Assembly: GCA_963767115.1 (NCBI GenBank)
Contig: CAVYCR010000003.1
Coordinates: 175,377-237,224, forward strand
Origin: Candidatus Kaiserbacteria bacterium
GTDB lineage: Bacteria; Patescibacteriota; Minisyncoccia; Phycocordibacterales; UBA2100
Length of the DNA: 61,848 bases
Reading direction: 5' to 3'
The position numbers and the translations under genes were made by a program. How positions within the stretch are numbered: position 1 is the first letter of the stretch; every line of letters begins with the position of its first letter. Shown piece by piece: positions 48,845 through 57,529 of the stretch. Below the pieces are notes generated by a model. The model did not search any database. It was not told the origin of the DNA and worked only from the letters and a program-made list of their open reading frames with translations.

Positions 48845-49888
48845 TCACTCCGCCGCAACGCCGTCTAATAATCTGTTCAGTCGCCCCATTGTCCCCAGAA
48901 CATCACCGGTCGAAAGCTCGAGGCGCAAGACTTTTGCCATTAGTCGCTCGGTAAGTCGGATAATTAGTCCCATTTCTTCGTTCAATACATTTTCGGGTCT
49001 AATGCCAAAGTGGACGAGCCGATTTCTTCCGCGCGTCATGCGCTCGATTGAATGGCGCGCATCTTCGGTCATCTGCACCTCAAAATATCGAGAGAGTACA
49101 TATGTAATTTTCTCTGTCCCGCCCGTATTACGTATTTGATAGTCAGAGAGCGTTCCCTGATTGTGCAGAGCAAAAAGGTGCTCCCAGATAGTCCAGCAGA
49201 GAATAAAAGCAGGCTCGATTCCTTGCTGTTGCATTGCTTGCCGGAAGAGAAAAAGACAGTAGCCGTCGCCATATTCGCGTCGCCAGTCCTCCGAAGAGAT
49301 TGTGAGTAATATTTGATTGACGGTCTTCTCAAGTCCAGCATCAAAGTGTTCGTAATCGAAAAGTGGAACGCCGCGTATTTCGTCTTCGGTCAGGATAGCT
49401 CCGGTACGGATATTCCTGTATTTATCCTCGACGAGAGCCGCCAGACGAAAATCGCCACCATAAAAATGCTCGCGCGGATCTGGTCTCAATACACGAGCTT
49501 GCTCCGCTTCGGCAATAGCGAACACATTGCGTCCGGTAAAAAGCGAAAGGAGCAACAAAATGTCTTGTAGGCGCGTGACTACAGTATCGGCCTCCCACGG
49601 CAGTATTGACGGTTGTTCACGCTCTGGAAAGGCCGCGATTGCCGTGCGTTGATGCGATCCGGTATTCGGTGGCACATTGAATTCATAGGTCACATCGATC
49701 CTATGCTGCAATCCGAGCAATGCAGTCTCGTAACCTTCTACACGCAAAAAACGGTATCCGTCGATATCGAGCGTACGGACATATGCAGGAAATTCGAGGT
49801 TATAAACACATGTAGGGCGCATAGGTAAAAATGTAGTCCGTAGCGGCAGTTTAAATATTTGACGCATCATCCATATCCAGATCCCCAT
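48845..49888 (-). CDS. Hypothetical protein with a C-terminal HEPN-like Rx4H motif
   Basis: RMTRGRNRLVHFG contains R-N-R-L-V-H (Rx4H) in a helical C-terminal region. The N-terminal domain is unknown. The start is uncertain (49888, 49867 or 49822). Confidence 0.45.
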   Translation of the reverse strand: MGIWIWMMRQIFKLPLRTTFLPMRPTCVYNLEFPAYVRTLDIDGYRFLRVEGYETALLGLQHRIDVTYEFNVPPNTGSHQRTAIAAFPEREQPSILPWEADTVVTRLQDILLLLSLFTGRNVFAIAEAEQARVLRPDPREHFYGGDFRLAALVEDKYRNIRTGAILTEDEIRGVPLFDYEHFDAGLEKTVNQILLTISSEDWRREYGDGYCLFLFRQAMQQQGIEPAFILCWTIWEHLFALHNQGTLSDYQIRNTGGTEKITYVLSRYFEVQMTEDARHSIERMTRGRNRLVHFGIRPENVLNEEMGLIIRLTERLMAKVLRLELSTGDVLGTMGRLNRLLDGVAAE

Positions 49889-49994
49889 CAGAGACTAGTT
49901 GCTGTATCTCTGAATCCAGCGCCTCAAAATCCTGAATCTGGTCAGGTTCGATAACCCCATCCTTCACCAGTTCAAGTATTTCATCGGGATCCAT
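49851..49994 (-). CDS. Small, strongly acidic ORF (47 aa), not in the ORF track
   Basis: MDPDEILELVKDGVIEPDQIQDFEALDSEIQQLVSDGDLDMDDASNI has 17 D/E against 1 K. It sits immediately upstream of, and overlaps, the 5' end of the HEPN-like ORF. Confidence 0.4.
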   Translation of the reverse strand: MDPDEILELVKDGVIEPDQIQDFEALDSEIQQLVSDGDLDMDDASNI

Positions 49995-50013
49995 AAATTT
50001 ATATAATTATCGT

Positions 50014-51552
50014 TTACAAGCACAAATCCCGAAGGTGGTTCCAGATCGCATACATAGCGTAAGTATCTAGACCACAATATTCCTTCAGATTCTTTGCAAT
50101 TTCTTTCTTCTCTTCGAGTGAGGTTGTTGGGGCAATCATGTGCCACCACTCATTCGATGCTTGGCCACCTTCGTGGATCTCAAGAGTGGAATACGAAAGT
50201 TCAGGAGCCAGCACCGGTAGCACCTTCTTTATGGATGTACGACCCCTAAAACCGTGGTGGATGTAGTGCTGTGCGAGAAAGACTTTCTCAAGATCAGACA
50301 TGGCGCGATTAAACTCCTCAAAGAACGCCGCGTGATGCGGTAGTCGCTGCGCAATGTTCGCGTTTATAAAGGTTTTTTCAAAAGTCTCATGCCAAACAAT
50401 TACCGACCCCCCGGCGTATACTTCTTTTAACTTTAGGGCTACGGCTTCAGATGGGTCTGAAAACTCCTCGTGCAAAAACTCTACGTGTTCGAGCTTTCCA
50501 TTTGGTTCACGGAGGACATGCAAAGAGAATTGAAACGGAATAAATTTATACGGGCTGTATCCATTAAAAGCTGGGATTGCCGGTGCGTAAGCTTCGTAAT
50601 CGAAAAAATAGAGTGGGAACTTTAAAGAATCGAGAAATTCTGCTATCGCAGTAGTGTCTATCTCTGGCCTTTGTCGTTGATGAGCACGCACTTGGCTAGT
50701 TTGTTTCTCCGAAAGCTCGTGCAATTCAGGGTCGACTTCATCGAGCGTAAAAATTTTCTGTTCAACTAAATTCTGAAGTTTGGTCTTATGAATGCGAGAG
50801 ATATCGTGAACCGAATATTCAGGAACATGGGAGTTGGAATATTGAAAAGTGGTGCAGTGATTACGGCGAGTACCATAGACGCAGTCGCAACCTCCCGATG
50901 GTTCTGTTCCTCGGTTCAAATACTCTCGTGCAGCCTCCATCTTTGGTTCTATCTCTGGTATACGTCCTTCAACTGCCTCCATAACATCATCTATAGCGAA
51001 CAAGGCTTTAATATCGAGATCACCCGCACGAACATATTCCTTGTTTAGGTGTACTAAGTAAGGCCGACCAAGCGGCACATGAGCACGTCTCATAACTGAA
51101 ACCTGAAAGGCAAGATCAGTGACATGATCACGCTCTTTTTGATCGAGCTTCATCGAGTTGGTTCCTTTCACCTCGTAAAGATCCCACAGGTTAGTCTCAA
51201 AATTCCATTTCAATGCGTCATTACGGACAATAAACCCATCTGCGATGAATGTTGCCTGGAAAATAACGGGCGTATGTTCAGCCATAAGTCGTCTTGTATC
51301 TTCGACCGCATGCTCACCCGTAGTAGAAACTTCGATACCGCCAGTGAACAGGTTATGTGCATATGACTCAACCTCGTTCCCTTGCTCCATCAAATGCAAG
51401 TCAAACTCAGATGGTTGAAACTGTCCCTGCAACTCTGGCTTATGCATCTTCAACCGGTATTGGGGTGCAAACCTAAAATGCCGCAGGCCTCCGCAAGAGT
51501 TATGATTTCGTCTTTTTTTGTGTCGGTCATATCTGAATTCCTGACTTACCAC
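50014..51552 (-). CDS. PD-(D/E)xK nuclease N-terminal domain + DUF2779-like protein
   Basis: WDLYEVKGT (D...ExK), Cys cluster GGCDCVYGTRRNHC, then FPLYFFDYEAYAPAIPAFNGYSPYKFIPFQFSLH ... SIKKVLPVLAP ... YCGLDTYAMY, the DUF2779 pattern as I recall it. GTG start. Confidence 0.7.
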   Translation of the reverse strand: MVSQEFRYDRHKKRRNHNSCGGLRHFRFAPQYRLKMHKPELQGQFQPSEFDLHLMEQGNEVESYAHNLFTGGIEVSTTGEHAVEDTRRLMAEHTPVIFQATFIADGFIVRNDALKWNFETNLWDLYEVKGTNSMKLDQKERDHVTDLAFQVSVMRRAHVPLGRPYLVHLNKEYVRAGDLDIKALFAIDDVMEAVEGRIPEIEPKMEAAREYLNRGTEPSGGCDCVYGTRRNHCTTFQYSNSHVPEYSVHDISRIHKTKLQNLVEQKIFTLDEVDPELHELSEKQTSQVRAHQRQRPEIDTTAIAEFLDSLKFPLYFFDYEAYAPAIPAFNGYSPYKFIPFQFSLHVLREPNGKLEHVEFLHEEFSDPSEAVALKLKEVYAGGSVIVWHETFEKTFINANIAQRLPHHAAFFEEFNRAMSDLEKVFLAQHYIHHGFRGRTSIKKVLPVLAPELSYSTLEIHEGGQASNEWWHMIAPTTSLEEKKEIAKNLKEYCGLDTYAMYAIWNHLRDLCL

Positions 51553-51909
51553 AAGTTTACACTGTTTTTTGGAGTAAATAAAGGGCTTTTAGTTACCAAC
51601 ACCTTGAGCCTTCGGCACACTCTAGACTCCTTCGGTAATTGGTGGCATTCCTTCGAGGACGCGCCCAATTCATCACAATATCTTCGATTGAAAAAGGGCC
51701 AAATTGGCGTACATTAAAGACATATGCGCACCCAAAAAACGACTGACAAAACTGAACCATTTCATTCTTTCGCACGAGGAGTGGAAACACTAATTTTGAT
51801 AACCAGCGTCGATTTCGTATACACGCTCAACGGCGCCAACGGCCAGACCATGACTAGCTACGTGACGTCCACCCTGCGCCGGCGACGCAGCCTTCGTAAA
51901 TAAACTTTG

Positions 51910-53040
51910 ATGTTCAGCCAGCAACTTCAATTTCGCTCGACATTCCGCCTGCGACGCCGTGGCATCGCGCGCTGGTGATGGTTTTGTTCGTGCTCGCAAT
52001 CACGGCCGTGCTCGGAGCCGCGATGCTCAGCAGCAGCTCGCTTCAATCGGACGTCAGCGCGACGACGGTCAAATCCGCCGAGGCCGACGCCCTGGCCGAA
52101 TCCGGCGTGCAGATCGCCGAATATTATCTCGCCCATCCCGCCGACAAGCCCGTCGGCTGGCCCAGTTTTTCTTTCACGCCGACCCAATTGCCCAAAGGCT
52201 CGGTCGCCGTGAGCGTCAGCGGAAGCAATCCCTACGTCATCACCTCAACTGCCAACGATTCGACGGATGCCACCGGCGCCATCTCGCGCCATCTCCAGCA
52301 CGGTCGCCGTGAACAGCCAATATGACATCAACGCCGCCCTCACGGCCAACACCGCGATCGCGCTCTCCAGCAAGGTCGCGCTGACGATCAACTCCGTGGC
52401 GCTGGCGGATGTGATCAGCACCGGAACGGTTTCCGGCGCCGCCTCCTTTTCGGTCGACGCCAACTCCGCGACCGGCGGACCCACCGTCGCCAACGTCAAC
52501 ACTTATCAAACCTACACGCTCCCCAGCGGCCAAACCGGAACGGCCCAGAAAATTAGCGGAAATCTCACGATCTCTTCCGCGTCGAGCCTGCCCACGCCGC
52601 TGGCCACGAATCCCGGCGACGTCTATTACGTCTCTGGCAACATCACCTTCAGCCTGGCCGCCGCCACGACTTTCACCGGCACCCTGATCTCCACCGGCAA
52701 CATCGTGCTGAACACCAGCAGCAAAACGCCGACCATCAATCCCGTGACAGGGCTGCCAGCCATCGTCGCGCTGGGCAAATTCACCGCCAACGCCGCCGCC
52801 ACTGGCCTCACGACCAACGGCGTGGTCTTCCTCGGCACCGGCCTGGGCACAACCAACGGAAACACAACCCTGACGCTGCTCATCAACGGCGCCCTGCTGA
52901 TCGACACCGCCGGCATGACGAGCACCTTCGTTGCCCACCTGACCGTCAATTACAATCTGTCCAGCGCCGGCGCCGTCCCAGCATTGAGCACCGTCAACCA
53001 GACGCCCGTGAGCGTCACCGTCACCCAATGGACTGATTGA
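51910..53040 (+). pseudogene. Pseudopilin/PilX-like protein with a long Thr/Asn/Gly-rich beta-helix-like domain; two frameshifts
   Basis: ATG 51910 gives MFSQQLQFRSTFRLRRRGIA. A +2 shift follows in a GC repeat (~51967-51972), then LVMVLFVLAITAVLGAAML... A +10 shift (tandem GCCATCTC duplication, 52278-52297) follows, then ISSTVAVNSQYD...VTVTQWTD* ending at 53040. Confidence 0.65.
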
Positions 53041-53061
53041 TCGCGGGGTCGGCATTTGTAG

Positions 53062-53078
53062 GGTGGGCATTGCCCACC
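53062..53078. repeat. Palindrome GGTGGGCA-T-TGCCCACC (second copy at 60969-60988)
   Basis: Preceded by GTAGG in both copies. The 60969-60988 copy has a 4-nt centre (TACC). Confidence 0.8.
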
Positions 53079-53106
53079 ATCCACGCTGTCAAAACAGGAG
53101 ATCGTT

Positions 53107-53364
53107 ATGAACTTGAAATTCCCATCAGCATCCAACATGCTCGCGATCGTAATTGTCTTGCAGATTCTCATCCTCGCAACGCTCTGGTGCGGCGGTCCGC
53201 TGCAATCGGCCCGAGCACAAATCCCGGATGCCGGCGCCCAGCGCGACGAACAGATCAACCAGGCCAAGCAAACCAACCTGAAGCTCGACACGCTCATCGG
53301 CATTCTTGAGGGCGGCAAACTTCAGATCGAGATCGCCAAGCCCGATGATTCCAAAGGCGGGTGA
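53107..53364 (+). CDS. Small membrane-anchored protein, hypothetical
   Basis: 85 aa with one TM (MLAIVIVLQILILATLW). Intact ORF. Confidence 0.5.
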   Translation: MNLKFPSASNMLAIVIVLQILILATLWCGGPLQSARAQIPDAGAQRDEQINQAKQTNLKLDTLIGILEGGKLQIEIAKPDDSKGG

Positions 53365-53398
53365 ATTCTGTGGCTGCATCGGCGTGAACGCCAATGTT

Positions 53399-53517
53399 CC
53401 CTCTCCATGTACTCAGGGAGAGGGTCAGGGTGAGGGTTCTTCGATTTCGCAGCAACTGTTCGACTGCAGCAAAAATACACCCTCACCCCCGCCCTCTCCC
53501 TGAGTACATGGAGAGGG
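53399..53517. repeat. 119-bp imperfect inverted repeat built from CCCTCTCC...GGGAGAGGG sub-palindromes
   Basis: CCCTCTCCATGTACTCAGGGAGAGGGTCAGGGTGAGGGT (53399-53437) against 53479-53517, with about 3 mismatches. Confidence 0.85.
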
Positions 53518-53548
53518 AGTAAATCGGCTCGAAAGGGTTCCTGTAACG

Positions 53549-54102
53549 ATGAATCGCGTGGGTTCAATTTCACTTCGATCGCGAACGGCGTTCACGCTCG
53601 TGGAGATTCTCTGCGTGATCGTCCTCTTGGCGATCGTCGCGGCGATCGTGCTGCCCGGCGCCGCTTCCGCCGACGAATCCGGCGTCGCCGCATCGGCCGC
53701 GCGAACGCTGATGGCCGATCTTCTTTACGCACAGAGCCGGGCCATCTCCACCCACGCGTGCCACTACGTCGTCTTCGATTCGACCAACGACAGCTACAGC
53801 GTGCAATTTTGCAGCGGGGCGTCGGCCCTTCCCGTGACCGACCCGGAAACCAGCCAGCCGATGAACAGTTCCAATAACCTCACCCGCCTCGGCGGCGCCA
53901 CGATCACGCAGTTCAACGTCGGCCCCAACGCGGGCATCGTCTTTGACGCCATGGGCATTCCGTATGCCTATTCTCCAACCACGCTCACTCCCGCGCTCTA
54001 CGAGGGGCTGCTCGAGCACGCCGGGCACGATCACGGTCAACGGCGCACACCAAGTTGACGATCACCATCGACAACGACAACGGCGCCATGACCGTCCAAT
54101 AA
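53549..54102 (+). pseudogene. GspH/FimT-like pseudopilin, C-terminus needs 2 frameshift corrections
   Basis: Prepilin motif RTAFTLVEILCVIVLLAIVAAI. The C-terminus is split over three frames (...LYEGLLEHAG / GTITVNGA / HTKLTITIDNDNGAMTVQ*). Confidence 0.7.
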
Positions 54103-54239
54103 AACTCCTCGATTGCTTCGGTTCAGGCGCGCTCTGTTTATGCCGAATTTACCGACAGAGGCCTGCGCACTCCGCGGCTCGCGTTCTTGAAATGGACTGA
54201 AAGCAGCCAAAACGGCGGCGTTCGGACCGACATCGCATC

Positions 54240-55619
54240 ATGTTTGGAAAACGTGAAAAACATCAGCCGCTCGCCCTGGACCTGGGCTATGACAGCGTGA
54301 AGCTGCTGCAATTGCAGGTCGCCGGTGGAAGGCTTTCCGCAAAAGCGGCATTCCGCGCACTGCGCTAATCCCGGCGATGCCTATCTGCCCGCCGCCCTCG
54401 ATCTGGCGAAAAATCTCGTCCGCCAGCACGGGCTTGCCGGAAGTCCATGCGTCGCCTGTTTGCCGCGCCACATCGTTCACACCAAAAATCTGCGTCTGCC
54501 GGTGATGCCGGCTTCGGAGCTTACCGCCGCCGTGCAGTTTGAAGCCGTCAATCTTTTTCCCTTCGACACCGAGCAGGCGACCGTGCAGTACCTTGCCGCC
54601 GGCGAGGTTCGCCATGGCGCCGACGTGCGGCAGGAAGTCATCGTCTTCGCCGCCAAAAATGAGGAAGTCGACCAGTTCGTCGATCAGCTTCATCGCATCG
54701 GCCTCGTGCCAGTGTCGCTGGACGTCGAGCCCGTTGCGCCTCTTCCGATCGATCGAACGCTTCGTTCGCCGTCGCGAGGATGAGCAGGAAGTCAGCGTGC
54801 TGGTCGATGTCGGCGCCCAGCGCAGCCAGGTGGTGATCGGCAAGGGTCGCGAGCTGAGCTTCTTCAAGTCCATTGAAGTCGGTGGTCAGCGCTTGAATGC
54901 CGCCGTCAGCCGCAAGCTGGGCATCAGCGTCGAGGAAGCCCGTTCACTGCGAAAACGCCTCTACGCGGAAAACATTTCCGAAGCCGACACGGCGATCGAT
55001 GAGTCCACCCGCCGCGACGCAGTGCGCCAAGCCGTGCTCGACGCGACGCGCAGCACCATCGAAGAACTGGCTCGCGAAATCGCTTTGTGCCTTGGATATG
55101 ACTTCCGTCACGTTCCGCGGCCATCGGCCATAGCGCGTTCGATTGCTCGGCGGCGAAGCGCACGACACGCACTTACTCTCCGTGCTTCAGAGCACTTTGC
55201 CAGTCCCCGTCGAAGCCGGCCGGCCGCTGTTCAATGTCGATCTTTCAGCGGCGAAAATCGTCGCCACTCAAAGCCAGAACAGCGAATGGGCCACCGCATT
55301 CGGACTGGCGTTGCGAAAGACGGAGGGAACCTTTAGTCCGATGGACGGCACGCCAAGGCCGCCGGGAACCTGGCAGCCGGCGTCCAAGGCCGGCCAACCG
55401 CCGGCCGCCGCCCCCGCGCCATCGCCGAGCGTCGCCGCACCGCCAGTATCCACTGAACAGACGTCCCCAACCTCGCCGCGCGGCGCCCTGATCGATCTCC
55501 ATCAACTCATCCCGCAGCATGGCGCTGCCCCGATCGAACCCCAGGTCGGCTCGATCGAAGCCGGCAGCGCAAGAGGCTCTGAATTATCCACCGCCAAATC
55601 GGAGGCCGCCCATGCGTGA
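54240..55619 (+). pseudogene. pilM: PilM-like actin-fold pilus assembly ATPase; 3 frameshifts plus an in-frame TAG
   Basis: MFGKREKHQPLALDLGYDSVKLLQL..., then ANPGDAYLP...FAAKNEEVDQFV...LDVEPVA, then LFRSIERF...VLVDVGAQRSQVVIG...EELAREIALCLGY, then SVTFRGHRP-TAG(55131)-RVRLLGGEAHDTHLL..., then a Pro/Ala-rich tail. Confidence 0.8.
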
Positions 55620-56228
55620 ACTTGAATTCCTCCCGAGATGGTATCCCGGCATGGTACGTCGCCGCCGCGCGTTGATCCTGCAAGTCTGGGCCGCCGCCGC
55701 GCTGGCGCTGGGCCTGTCGATTCAATCGGCCATCGGACATCACGCGCTACGCAACGCCCAGACCAGCCTCAGCGGATTGCAGCAGAAACTCTCGCAGACC
55801 GATGACGATCTGCTCCGCCTCGGCGAGCAGCGCGCCCTTCGATCGCAGTTGCAGCAGCAGAACGAAGTGATCGCGCGCCTCGGCCCGCACGTCCCGGCAG
55901 CGCCATTGATGGCGGCGCTGGCCGAAGACATGCCCCCGCAAACCGCGCTGCTCGACCTCACGCTCAACCAGATCGAAAAGACTCGTCCCGCCTCCGCGCT
56001 GGCGACCGCACGCGGCGACGCCAACGCCGCCGTCGATCGACGCCTCAGCGTCACGCTCACCGGCGTGGCGCCCTCCGACATGGAGCTGGCGAATTTTCTC
56101 GATCGCCTCAACTCGCTCCCCTGCGTGCAGGATATCGCCATGGCCTACGCCAAGGATCGCGACAGGCCGGGCATCTGATGCGCGAATTCTCCATCAACTT
56201 CTGGATCGACTTAAGCGGAGACAATTAA
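55612..56228 (+). pseudogene. pilN: PilN-like protein, one frameshift near 56165
   Basis: MRELEFLPRWYP...RRRALILQVWAAAALALGL (TM) followed by a coiled coil. The C-terminus HLMREFSINFWIDLSGDN* is in another frame. The ATG overlaps the pilM stop. Confidence 0.7.
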
Positions 56229-56277
56229 TCGACCGTCAACGAATCGATTTAACTCCTGCAAATTGCCCGTGAATGTA

Positions 56278-56857
56278 ATGGCCACCGCGAACATCAAAAC
56301 TTCGATCGAGATGTACAAGCGAATGCAGATCGTGATCGGTCTGTCGATGCTCGCCGCCGCGCTGAGCTTCTACTTTCTCGACAGCCGTCCCGGCGTCGCC
56401 CGCATGGCCGCCCTTGGCGACGCCATTCGCGGCAAACAGGAAGAGCTGAACCTCAACGTCGCCCAGGCCAACAACCTTCCCGCAGTCGCCGCAGAAGTTG
56501 CCAAGCTCAAAAATCGGCTCGCCGATTCCAAGCGAGTGCCCAATGGCGCCGAGCTCGGCGAATTCATCCGCGACATCAATACGCTGTCCCAGGAAGCGCA
56601 GCTTCACAAGCAGCGTGTCACGCGCGGCACGGTGCTTCACCAGGGATCTCTATTGCACCCAGCCCATCACGATCGAGTTTGAAGGCGATTTTCTCAACGC
56701 GTTCACCTTCATCCGCGAGCTGGAAAACATGAGCCGGCTCACGCGCATCGACTCGCTGGCGATCCATCAGGTCGACAATTCCAGCGGCCAGGTCAGCGTG
56801 CAGCTCGTCATGGACATTTATTACCGGGAGGATCCGACATGGATTCCCCAGCCATAA
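56278..56857 (+). pseudogene. pilO: PilO-like protein, one frameshift near 56620-56640
   Basis: TM (QIVIGLSMLAAALSFYF), a coiled coil, then PITIEFEGDFLNAFTFIRELENMSRLTRIDSLAI... in a second frame. Confidence 0.7.
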
Positions 56858-57442
56858 ACCAATATGCCGATGCGCTGGCCAAGGCTTGGCGGGCGGATCC
56901 CAAGCGATCCTGGACGCTTCTGGCGCTCTGCGGCGTGCTCGCGATCGTGGTGGGGCGGCTCGCCTTGCATCAATCGCCAAGCACCGCCTCCGCCGCCGCG
57001 CCTCCGGCGCAGCGACCTGGCGGATCGGCAATCGGGCCAAGCCCAGGCCGCGTCTCCACGCCCTTCGGTCGCCCAGTGGGCCAATCAGAAATACAGTGTT
57101 CCCGAGCACAACCTCTTCGTGCCCCGGCTTGAATACTTCCCGCTGGCTGACGGAAATTTATCGGACGACTCCTCCGACGCCGATGCCGCCGCCAAGGCAA
57201 AGTCGGAGCAGGCGGCGGCCGATGAAAAGAAAGAGCGGCAGAAATTAGCGGACCAGCTTCAATCCGAAGCCGCTTCGCTTGAGCTCGAAACCACCATGAT
57301 GGGCCCCACGCCCCGTGCCATGATCAGCGGCGCCTTGGTGGGCGAGGGCGATATGGTCTCCGATTTCCGCGTGGTGAAAATCACCCAGCGTTTCGTGATC
57401 CTGGAAAGCCAGGGCGTGCAGATCGAATTGAAGATGAATTGA
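56839..57442 (+). pseudogene. PilP-like small pilus assembly protein, one frameshift near 57040
   Basis: N-terminal TM (WTLLALCGVLAIVVG), then in another frame ...MISGALVGEGDMVSDFRVVKITQRFVILESQGVQIELKMN*. Confidence 0.55.
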
Positions 57443-57529
57443 AGTTGCAATGAAATGAATCGGCGATCAATTCGCCACAGGTATCGGCCTCGCCGCTGAG
57501 TCGGTTGGCCGATTGCCGGAGGAATTGTT

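Noticed and set aside
1-51552. An alternative genetic code (UGA or UAG reassignment, as in some CPR lineages).
   Set aside because: Well-conserved genes (pilB, hisS, lepA, murJ, tmk and others) terminate at TGA, TAG or TAA at the expected lengths. I saw no in-frame stops inside conserved domains in this segment. Standard code 11 fits.
51724-51903. 59-codon ORF (MRTQKTTDKTEPFHSFARGVETLILITSVDFVYTLNGANGQTMTSYVTSTLRRRRSLRK) straddling the composition junction.
   Set aside because: No start context, motifs or partner are visible. It spans the AT-rich to GC-rich switch, so it is most likely fortuitous. It is mentioned only as a junction landmark.
52240-53070. Long minus-strand ORFs in the GC-rich segment (for example 52240..53070, 57467..58003, 58160..58648, 54238..54873, 56618..57109), and similar antisense ORFs in the left part (3932..4447, 34267..34980, 22773..23591).
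   Set aside because: They are Gly/Arg/Ala-rich, antisense to recognisable genes and lack motifs. These are typical stop-poor shadow frames in GC-rich DNA.
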